In this document: positions 17,975-26,147 of the stretch, in pieces
Position numbering within the stretch: position 1 is the first letter of the stretch
How the letters are laid out: each line of letters opens with the position of its first letter
Virus record (IMG/VR): IMGVR_UViG_3300044957_000763
Span: 62,001-126,000 of that record
Strand: one strand, 5' to 3'
Length of the DNA stretch: 64,000 nt
Program-made: the position numbers and the translations under genes
Notes under the pieces: model-generated
What the model was told of the DNA's origin: nothing
Seen by the model: the letters and a program-made list of their open reading frames with translations, nothing else
Database searches by the model: none

Positions 17975-20662
17975 ATGGTTCGTATAGTCATAGATAACGC
18001 AGTATCAAACATACTTGGAAATTTTCATACTGACTACGAAGTCTCTAATGAAATTAGAGAAGAACTTCGTAATGCCTTGGCGTATCAAGTTAGTGGTGCC
18101 GAATGGTCTGAAAAGTACAAAGATGGCACCTGGGACGGAAAGATTTCTCTATACAACAAAAGAGAGAAAAGTTTTCCAACCGGATTGTTATTTAGGGTCA
18201 AACAAGTACTACAAGACAGACATGTTGAGTTTGTGGTAGAGAACAAGCGCGAGAAACCAGAAACAAACAAACTTGTAACAACTGCGTTTCAAGAATACAA
18301 AAGAGCCCTGCGGCCTTATCAAGAGTTAGTTGTTGAAGCCGCTAAGGCTCGTGGTCGAGGTGTGTTATCAGTCGCCACTGGCGGCGGAAAAGCCCTGTGT
18401 GTCAATACCCCAATCCTAACCGCAAATCGAGGATGGGTCACCATGGGTGAAATCGAAACGGGAGATATTGTATTTGACGATAATGGAAATACGACTCGTG
18501 TCTTATGCGCTCATTCAGTTTTGTTTAACCAAACATGTTATGATATTGAGTTTTCTGACGGTAGCACAATCACTGCCGATGCTGAACATCTGTGGAGTGT
18601 AAAAGTCACCTCTGGATACAGTAACAAATCTCAAATGATTACACTAACAACTCAGCAAATGCTCAATGATATGCTCAATGAAGGCAGTAGCACTTGGAGA
18701 ACCAAAAAGCGAAAGGGAAGAACTGAAAAACGTTCAATGTTTTATATCGAGAGACCAAGTGTGATTTCATATCCTTCAATTGATGCAAAATTAGAGCTAG
18801 ACCCATATTTGCTCGGTTGCTGGCTTGGTGGTGGCGGTACCAAATCTGGCATATTCAGTACTTCCGAGGATTATTTTATAGATGTATTTGCTAAACATGG
18901 ATTCATTCTTAGGCATGTGAGCAAATATGACTATTACGTCAAGGGCATGCGACAAAAATTGCGCGCAATAGGTGTTTGGGACAATAAACATGTACCTGAG
19001 CAATATCTACGAGGCGATATCACAACAAGACAACATGTTTTAGCAGGAATTATAGACACAGACGGTCACATCGACTCTCGTGGTCGAATAGAAATCACAT
19101 TATGCAACGAAAGGCTTGCCAAAGATGTGGTTGAATTATGTAGAGGTCTTGGTGCCCAGGTGAATGCTAAGAAATCAGATGCAAAACTAAACAAAATAAT
19201 TGTTGGAAGTAGATGGAGGATAAAGATTTCACCAAATAACAATATCATGTGTTTGCTCCCTAGAAAATATGAAAAAATAAATTACAAACGAAGAAAAACT
19301 ATCGGTCGCGTGTATGTTAAATCAATCAACGAACGTAGTTCAACTCCGGTGAGATGTATTACTGTTGATTCCGCGAGTAGGCTATATCTTACAGGCGAAA
19401 CACTGATTCCAACACACAATACTATGATTTCTGCCGAACTGATAGCACAGCTTAAAGCATTGCCAGTCGTATTTATTGTGCCATCAAAGACCTTGATGCA
19501 CCAAACCAGAAAAGAGTTTCACAAATACCTTAGAGTCAACGGAGAAAAGACCAAAATAGGTATTGCCGGCGACAGTATTTGCGACCTAAACCCAGATGGA
19601 GTCAACATTCTTACGTGGCAAACAGCCCTGCAAGCATTTGACGAGAAATACACATCCAAAGGAGATAAGGTGGTGTATGATGAGTTCACTGGATTACAAG
19701 TACGCAAAACCAAAGCACAACTCATTGATGATGTGAATGATGCCACCAGAAAACTCAAACAAGCCGAAGAGAGCAAAGGTGATACCAAAGCAGCAAAGGC
19801 TGCACTTAAAAAAGCACAAACACGACTCAAAAATCGAGAACAACAACTCATCAACAAGAGCCAAATTAAGCAACTCATCAGAGACACTCCTGTTTTCATT
19901 GTAGACGAAGCACACACGGCTGCAATTGTCATTCAGCGACTTGGAGAACACGCGGGCAAATCGTATTACCGCTTTGGTGTCACTGCCACAGCATGGAGGG
20001 AGGACAATCAAGAGATACGCATTGAGGGCACATTTGGGCGCATTCTCATTAACATTCGCCCTAGTGACTTGATTAGAGACGGATGGTTGGTAAGACCGTA
20101 TATATTCATGGTCAAAATCAAGCATATCGAAACACACTCAGACTATAACGATGCGTATTTGAAACATGTTGTGAATTGTTGGGAGAGAAACTATCGAATT
20201 AAGCAATTTGCTGAAGGACTTTTTGCGGCCGGAAGAAAAGTTCTCATACTTGTAGAAAGACTTGAGCACGGAGAAATTCTAGAACAAATGGTTTACAATT
20301 CGGTTTTTGTGCCAGGCAAAGACGATGGTAGCGGAAATGAAACCATTACAGAAGATGTAGAAAACTACAGATTGGAAATGCTTGCACGATGTGGTCGTGG
20401 TGAGCACATTTTGATTGCTACACAATGGGCCAATGTCGGTGTTGATGAACCTGCTATTGATTCATTGATACTTGCGGGGTCTAATCGGTCTTCTGTTACC
20501 ACATTTCAACAGGTTGGAAGAATCCTAAGACCGGCAGAAGGTAAAGAAAACGCTATTGTTATTGATTTTTCAGACGAACAAGATGATTTACATGACCACT
20601 CTCTCAAAAGGAAGAGAGCCTACGCACTTGAACCTGAATTCAAAGTATACAGAGTTCAATAA
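17975..20662 (+). CDS. SF2 DNA helicase (UvsW-like), intein-containing
   Basis: N-terminal EKYKDGTWDGKISLY; LRPYQ Q-motif; Walker A VATGGGK|T split by an intein; IVDEAH; GVTATA; QQVGRILR. About 552 aa after splicing. Confidence 0.9.
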   Translation: MVRIVIDNAVSNILGNFHTDYEVSNEIREELRNALAYQVSGAEWSEKYKDGTWDGKISLYNKREKSFPTGLLFRVKQVLQDRHVEFVVENKREKPETNKLVTTAFQEYKRALRPYQELVVEAAKARGRGVLSVATGGGKALCVNTPILTANRGWVTMGEIETGDIVFDDNGNTTRVLCAHSVLFNQTCYDIEFSDGSTITADAEHLWSVKVTSGYSNKSQMITLTTQQMLNDMLNEGSSTWRTKKRKGRTEKRSMFYIERPSVISYPSIDAKLELDPYLLGCWLGGGGTKSGIFSTSEDYFIDVFAKHGFILRHVSKYDYYVKGMRQKLRAIGVWDNKHVPEQYLRGDITTRQHVLAGIIDTDGHIDSRGRIEITLCNERLAKDVVELCRGLGAQVNAKKSDAKLNKIIVGSRWRIKISPNNNIMCLLPRKYEKINYKRRKTIGRVYVKSINERSSTPVRCITVDSASRLYLTGETLIPTHNTMISAELIAQLKALPVVFIVPSKTLMHQTRKEFHKYLRVNGEKTKIGIAGDSICDLNPDGVNILTWQTALQAFDEKYTSKGDKVVYDEFTGLQVRKTKAQLIDDVNDATRKLKQAEESKGDTKAAKAALKKAQTRLKNREQQLINKSQIKQLIRDTPVFIVDEAHTAAIVIQRLGEHAGKSYYRFGVTATAWREDNQEIRIEGTFGRILINIRPSDLIRDGWLVRPYIFMVKIKHIETHSDYNDAYLKHVVNCWERNYRIKQFAEGLFAAGRKVLILVERLEHGEILEQMVYNSVFVPGKDDGSGNETITEDVENYRLEMLARCGRGEHILIATQWANVGVDEPAIDSLILAGSNRSSVTTFQQVGRILRPAEGKENAIVIDFSDEQDDLHDHSLKRKRAYALEPEFKVYRVQ
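18392..19420 (+). mobile_element. Class 3 intein (343 aa) with LAGLIDADG homing-endonuclease domain
   Basis: Starts Ala (ALCVNTPI), block B TADAEHLW, block F VRCITVD, block G IPTHN followed by Thr+1; HEN motifs LLGCWLGGG and LAGIIDTDG. Confidence 0.92.
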
Positions 20663-20708
20663 GGTGTAAACTTGCTTTTTGTAGAAGTTGATTATAGGTC
20701 TGGTCATT

Positions 20709-21041
20709 ATGCGAAGTCACAAAATCTCTGGTATGCCGCGAAAGTGTCTCAATCGCAATTGCGATGGGTTGTTCACAAAAGGTTCTCATCTCGGTTATAT
20801 GATGCAGTCAGAAATCGAAGTTTATGCTGTATTGCGATGTCCAACATGCCTTGACACATTTGTAATAAGTCAGCCCATGTCTATGGCGCATGAATACTAC
20901 AATAAGTTGCCAAAGACAGTAAAAGAAGCGGTTAAAGAAGGTGAACCTATTACAGTGGAAGAAATGCGCAACTTCCGTAAAAAATTATCTAAGCCAGAGA
21001 GCCTCAGGAATCTACTTGATACCGATAACAATTTAGAGTAG
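20709..21041 (+). CDS. Hypothetical zinc-ribbon protein
   Basis: CLNRNC and CPTC pairs; first ATG at 20709 (20733 possible). Confidence 0.6.
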   Translation: MRSHKISGMPRKCLNRNCDGLFTKGSHLGYMMQSEIEVYAVLRCPTCLDTFVISQPMSMAHEYYNKLPKTVKEAVKEGEPITVEEMRNFRKKLSKPESLRNLLDTDNNLE

Positions 21042-21090
21042 ATTGGCATAATTAACATAGCTGGTTGAATTCAAACAGTATAAATTCACT

Positions 21091-22815
21091 ATGAGTAAAA
21101 AAATCAAAGCTCTAGGAATCGACCTTGGCACCACTAACAGTGTTGCAGCATATTTAAGGGAAGATGGTTCCATAGAAATCATACCAAATGCCGAAGGTGA
21201 AAGACTGACACCTTCGGTCTTTGCGGTATGGGACAACGACGAAGTTATCGTTGGTAAGCTGGCACACGATGGTGAGTCCATGAATGCCCATAGTACCGTA
21301 AGGTCTATCAAGCGACATATGGGCACTAATTATCGCGTTGAAGTTCAAGGCAAGAAGTATAGCCCAGAGCAAATTAGCGCGGCTATTTTGTCCAAAATCA
21401 AAAATGACGCCGAAGCATATCTTGGATACAAGGTCGATAAAGCTGTTATTACTGTGCCAGCATATTTCAACAGTGATGAGCGCCAAAGTACAAAAACCGC
21501 TGGTGAAATCGCTGGATTTGAGGTACTTCGTGTTATCAATGAACCAACAGCGGCAGCATTGGCCTATGGGCTCGACAAAAAAGAAGGTCAGACAGTTGTG
21601 GTTTACGACCTAGGTGGAGGTACTTTTGATATTACAGTGCTGCAACTAAGCGGTGACGGCATGTTTAATGTCAAATCCACAAGTGGAGACACACATCTAG
21701 GTGGTGATGATTTTGACCAGGTCATTATGGATTACTGCAGAAATCAATGGCATGATTATGTGGCCAATAATGACTCAGAGACCGCTTTGCGAACTGCTGC
21801 TGAATCCGCCAAGAAGGTTCTGACATCTACACAACAAGCCAAAATAGCAATTCACGGACTGCCAGTGGTAACTCTAACAAGAGATGTCTTCAATCATTTA
21901 ATTGAACCAATTGTCATGAAAACCAAGTCTTGTTTAGAATTAGCACTTAGGGACGCAGGCTTAAATGCTTCTAAAATTGACGAGGTTGTCTTTGTGGGTG
22001 GTTCTACGCGCATACCCCTTGTTGCATCCATGGTCGAACAATGGACTGGCAAAAAGCCAAATAAGAGCGTGAATCCAGACGAGGCTGTTGCTGTTGGCGC
22101 AGCTAGACAAGCCGCTATACTATCTGGCCAGACTGCACCAGATATTCTTTTGGTTGACGTCATACCATTAACTTTGGGAATTGAGACCGCAAGTGGTGTT
22201 ATGGACAGGATGATAAATCGCAACACGACCATTCCAACAGAAGCCTCAAAAATGTTCACAACTACTGAAGACAACCAAAGTTCAGTAGCAATCAAAGTTT
22301 ATCAAGGTGAACGACTAAAGGCCGATGGCAATAAACTCCTGGGTCAATTCAAACTAGAGGGGATTCCAGAAAAACCCAGAGGTGTTCCTGAAATTGAAGT
22401 TAGTTTCCATGTTGATGCTAACGGAATCCTAAGCGTTAAGGCCAAAGAACTTGTAAGCCAAATCGCGCAAAAGGTTGTACTTACTGGAAGTTCAAGTTTG
22501 ACATCTGAAGAAGTTGAACAAATGATGAGTGACGCCGAGAGCTCTCGAGCAGATGACGAAAAATACTTTGTACTAGCTGCGGCCCAAGATAAGATTCGAG
22601 GAAGAATACATCAGATAGAGTCACTTAGACGTGATGCATGGAGTGTACTAAGTACAAGCACAAAAGAAGAAATTGATGATGCGTTTCAGTCGTTAACAGA
22701 TGCCCAAGAAGACAAAAACATTAAGTTGCTTGAGTCTCTTGATGAATCATGTCAAGAAATTATGGTCAAGGCCAATAAAGAATTGTCTGAATTTGCTTCG
22801 AAGTTGATTAGATGA
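21091..22815 (+). CDS. dnaK: Hsp70/DnaK chaperone
   Basis: [45 protein letters not shown], linker [21 protein letters not shown]. Confidence 0.96.
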   Translation: MSKKIKALGIDLGTTNSVAAYLREDGSIEIIPNAEGERLTPSVFAVWDNDEVIVGKLAHDGESMNAHSTVRSIKRHMGTNYRVEVQGKKYSPEQISAAILSKIKNDAEAYLGYKVDKAVITVPAYFNSDERQSTKTAGEIAGFEVLRVINEPTAAALAYGLDKKEGQTVVVYDLGGGTFDITVLQLSGDGMFNVKSTSGDTHLGGDDFDQVIMDYCRNQWHDYVANNDSETALRTAAESAKKVLTSTQQAKIAIHGLPVVTLTRDVFNHLIEPIVMKTKSCLELALRDAGLNASKIDEVVFVGGSTRIPLVASMVEQWTGKKPNKSVNPDEAVAVGAARQAAILSGQTAPDILLVDVIPLTLGIETASGVMDRMINRNTTIPTEASKMFTTTEDNQSSVAIKVYQGERLKADGNKLLGQFKLEGIPEKPRGVPEIEVSFHVDANGILSVKAKELVSQIAQKVVLTGSSSLTSEEVEQMMSDAESSRADDEKYFVLAAAQDKIRGRIHQIESLRRDAWSVLSTSTKEEIDDAFQSLTDAQEDKNIKLLESLDESCQEIMVKANKELSEFASKLIR

Positions 22816-23471
22816 GAATTACACCAGTAGAAGCGCACGCAAATGATACAAAACTTCGCGAACAATATGGCGATATTTTGTGTGGCATAGACGAAGTTGG
22901 ACGAGGCTCCTGGGCCGGGCCATTAGTGGTTGGGGCTGTAGTATTACCAAAAGATGTCATCATACCCAAGCTAACAGACAGCAAACAAATCTCAGCACAA
23001 TTAAGGGACTCTCTTGCAGAGCAAATCAAAGAAGTCGCCCTGGCGTGGACTGTTTTTCAGATTGAAGCGAACTCTATTGACAGAAAGGGACTTACTTGGG
23101 CAAACGCAATTGCCTCATACGAAGCAGGCAAGATAATCCAGCAAATAATTAATGTTGACTTGTTCGTCTTAGACCAAATGCCTGAATGTGACCTTGAACC
23201 GCACATTATGATGGCAAAGGCAGACTCTCTATCACATGTAGTTGCTGCTGCTTCAATCATAGCCAAGACATACAGAGATAATCTAATGAATGAACTCGGA
23301 GAGCAATATCCAGAATATCATCTCGATGCTCACAAGGGTTATGTATCACCATTGCATAAAATTGCTGTTAGGCAATACGGAAAAGTTCGGGGATTACATC
23401 GGTTCTCGTATAAGGTAGATGGAATCAATCCAGATGCTGGAAGAAGTGACTTACTGAGGCGCAAACAATGA
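22812..23471 (+). CDS. rnhB: Ribonuclease HII
   Basis: CGIDEVGRGSWAGP, DSK, KADSLSHVVAAASIIAK, HKGY. Confidence 0.93.
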   Translation: MRITPVEAHANDTKLREQYGDILCGIDEVGRGSWAGPLVVGAVVLPKDVIIPKLTDSKQISAQLRDSLAEQIKEVALAWTVFQIEANSIDRKGLTWANAIASYEAGKIIQQIINVDLFVLDQMPECDLEPHIMMAKADSLSHVVAAASIIAKTYRDNLMNELGEQYPEYHLDAHKGYVSPLHKIAVRQYGKVRGLHRFSYKVDGINPDAGRSDLLRRKQ

Positions 23472-23968
23472 AATACATTAACTTGAATTCCGAAGAAATG
23501 ATTTCAAAACTAAGGTCTGTGGATGAGCTTAAGGTCATAGGTATTACAGGATTCAAAATTATTGTATCACCACAGACTGATGAAGTAGGTCTGGTTTTTG
23601 TAGCCAACAACAACGAATATGTCATACCACTAAATCATCTTGAGTCAATAACAGCGTCATACCATGTAAACGGATTCGCCAAACACTCACACATTCCAGA
23701 CATTTATGCGACATACATTCATCTAACAAAAAGTTTAGGATTCACACTAACACATGCGATTCTTGAGTCAAAACATGGTGATGTGATGTATGGAAGATTA
23801 GTATGGAAAGACAGTGAAGGCAAGCTGTTTACTCAAATTGTCACACCTGGTGATGTATTTATTTTTTCAAACACATTCGGAGTCACACCAGGTGTGGTTA
23901 TAGCGTTGTTAGAAGATATGTGCACCTTAGACGAGTGGCCATATCACTATGATGTTGACGAGTGGTAG
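23468..23968 (+). CDS. Bifunctional-nuclease (BFN/DUF151)-like protein
   Basis: YVIPLNHLES...IPDIY...SLGFTLTHAILESKHGDVMYGRLVW...VTPGD follows the DUF151 pattern but is divergent. Confidence 0.6.
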   Translation: MKYINLNSEEMISKLRSVDELKVIGITGFKIIVSPQTDEVGLVFVANNNEYVIPLNHLESITASYHVNGFAKHSHIPDIYATYIHLTKSLGFTLTHAILESKHGDVMYGRLVWKDSEGKLFTQIVTPGDVFIFSNTFGVTPGVVIALLEDMCTLDEWPYHYDVDEW

Positions 23969-23969
23969 A

Positions 23970-25001
23970 TTATTTAACCCAGCAGAAGAACTCAAACTCA
24001 GCGGTAAGCAGCCCTGTGCTAACATTGAAAGATGACGACTTGACTACACTTTTGCTCAAGTCGACAACTTCTTTAGCGCCATCCCAGAACAAACTTTCCC
24101 ATTCGGTTGTGTCTGGGTTGTAGATGTTCAAACAGAATGTACTAGGCACACAAACTGACTGCCCTGGTAACTGAAGTGTGATATCTGAACCTGCGTTTTC
24201 TCCATAAGAAAGGTTCAAAGATTCGTCACCCTCTTGCCATGCATAGGCCTGGTCATAATCATCAAAATCGTAATCACCTGTCAGGTCTTCTAGTAAAACA
24301 GCGGCGGTACCTGAACCAGAGATAGTAACACCAGATACACCTATGAACGGAAATTGCGTACCCCAGTTACGTGCCAAATCTTGAACATCATTACCAGGGT
24401 CACAGTCTGTAGTGCCACCAAGGAAGAAATGTTCGACAGTTTGTACTTGAACCTGTAGCTGTGCATTCATGACATACATGTAATATCCAGCAAGATTTAC
24501 TCTAAAATCATAAAAACGAGCCACACGAGTTGGACACCCGGCATGTGATGGGTCTAGCTGATAAGACGGTACGTTATTTCCTGCACCACCGAACCCCGGA
24601 GGTACATCTGCAAAGACTTCAAAGACCGGTGGTTGATTCGGGTCGCCGTCGCTGATTAGTCCAAGACTAACACTCGTTTGATTTTCGTTGATAGAAATGC
24701 TTGCATTTTGAATAAGTGGTAGCGTAGCATTCACTGGGTCAAGCGCATTTGTGATTTGCTCCAAGAGCAATGCTCTGCCGTCTATAGCAGAACCTGGGCC
24801 TACTAGAATAGGCATTGTTAGGTCAATTTTTTCATGAGCACCGCCTATGTCTAAAACTCTAGCCTTAGGTGTACCTTGAATATATGTTTTTGCCTGAACA
24901 TCCATCGACCGGGTGCGCTTTGCTGTTTCGGCCAAAACAAAGCGGTCACCACCGATTCGTAATGTCTTGAATACTCCCAAGAGTTCGTTTCTAATAGGCA
25001 T
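23970..25001 (-). CDS. Putative tail tube-like structural protein (paralog 1)
   Basis: Shares K-x-YIQG-x-P...D-x-G...I-x-x-x-x-x-P motif with the adjacent ORF; beta-rich; AGGA SD. Confidence 0.45.
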   Translation of the reverse strand: MPIRNELLGVFKTLRIGGDRFVLAETAKRTRSMDVQAKTYIQGTPKARVLDIGGAHEKIDLTMPILVGPGSAIDGRALLLEQITNALDPVNATLPLIQNASISINENQTSVSLGLISDGDPNQPPVFEVFADVPPGFGGAGNNVPSYQLDPSHAGCPTRVARFYDFRVNLAGYYMYVMNAQLQVQVQTVEHFFLGGTTDCDPGNDVQDLARNWGTQFPFIGVSGVTISGSGTAAVLLEDLTGDYDFDDYDQAYAWQEGDESLNLSYGENAGSDITLQLPGQSVCVPSTFCLNIYNPDTTEWESLFWDGAKEVVDLSKSVVKSSSFNVSTGLLTAEFEFFCWVK

Positions 25002-25099
25002 TTTATCTTCCTGGCTTACAAGGTATACATTTTAATTCTTGGGTTGAACATCATGTACCTACTACAGATTTAGGTCATTAAGATAGACAGCCCTACTTT

Positions 25100-26104
25100 T
25101 TACGAGAAAAAGAATAATTCGGTTGGGTTGTTCTTGTGACTTGGTTTAACAATGCCCATGAAATCTGTTTTGCGTCGCAGTACGCCTGCTATCAACGGCA
25201 CTGTTGACACTTTGTACAGTGGAATTCTGAATAGAGCCCTTGCTGGACCAAATTGAAATGTTAGGTCTTCGTCCTGAATCCAGCCAGCATGCATGTGTGT
25301 CTCGGTGTCTCCGCCTAGTCTAAGCACTTCTTCAAATGTGCCGCCCCATCGAGTTTCTTCAACCCCTAAAATCAATGGTTGCTCTGGCATAAAAGCCCAA
25401 TCACTTGGCTGATTTGGACTTATCCCTGGCGCGGTCGCTGCTCGATTGTTGATGTGACACGGAGGAATAAACACAGGAGCGACAATCTTGTTTCGGACGT
25501 ACACCTCAAAAGAAACAACGTTTCTCATTGCACTTGAGACACGAGAGCAATCACAATCTTGTAAGGACAATTGTCGACCTAGAAGGAAGCTACTTGGTGG
25601 TGCCACCAAGTCTGCCGGTTCACGCTCGTTAATCATTCCAGTAAAGGTAGCTGATAAGGTGACGCCAGAATCTGGTGACATTTTGATTGTAAGTGATTCA
25701 ATGACCATGCAATTAAGCGACAGAAGTTCGTTATCTTCGTCTCCGCCATTGTCTTTATCGGCCGCTATACCTCCGTATGACAGTACATGATTGGTGTCAA
25801 TTATTGATGACGCATTTGGATTGTGTGCAATCTGCAGTAATCTTTGGGCTGCGGCTTCTAATGCTCCGTCTCTGTCTACACGCAGTGGAAGTGTAATGTT
25901 GCCTTTTATCACCTTCTTGCCCATATCAACAATAGATGAGTTAGGCCCGCCTTGAATGTAGTTTTTAAGGTCTACTTCGTGCTCATAGTTGATGTCACAC
26001 GAATTGACAATCGTGTAGTATCCATCAACACGTATTCCGCGCACCAAAATACCTGTGGCAATTTGGCCAGCGTCATATACTCCTGGGGTGTCACGGTAAA
26101 TCAT
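25100..26104 (-). CDS. Putative tail tube-like structural protein (paralog 2)
   Basis: KNYIQGGPNSSIVDMGKKVIKGNITLPL; IESLTIKMSPDSGVTLSATFTG is tube-like. Confidence 0.45.
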   Translation of the reverse strand: MIYRDTPGVYDAGQIATGILVRGIRVDGYYTIVNSCDINYEHEVDLKNYIQGGPNSSIVDMGKKVIKGNITLPLRVDRDGALEAAAQRLLQIAHNPNASSIIDTNHVLSYGGIAADKDNGGDEDNELLSLNCMVIESLTIKMSPDSGVTLSATFTGMINEREPADLVAPPSSFLLGRQLSLQDCDCSRVSSAMRNVVSFEVYVRNKIVAPVFIPPCHINNRAATAPGISPNQPSDWAFMPEQPLILGVEETRWGGTFEEVLRLGGDTETHMHAGWIQDEDLTFQFGPARALFRIPLYKVSTVPLIAGVLRRKTDFMGIVKPSHKNNPTELFFFS

Positions 26105-26147
26105 CGTCTATGGTGTTTATTTCGACCACAGAACGCTGTTCACCTTA

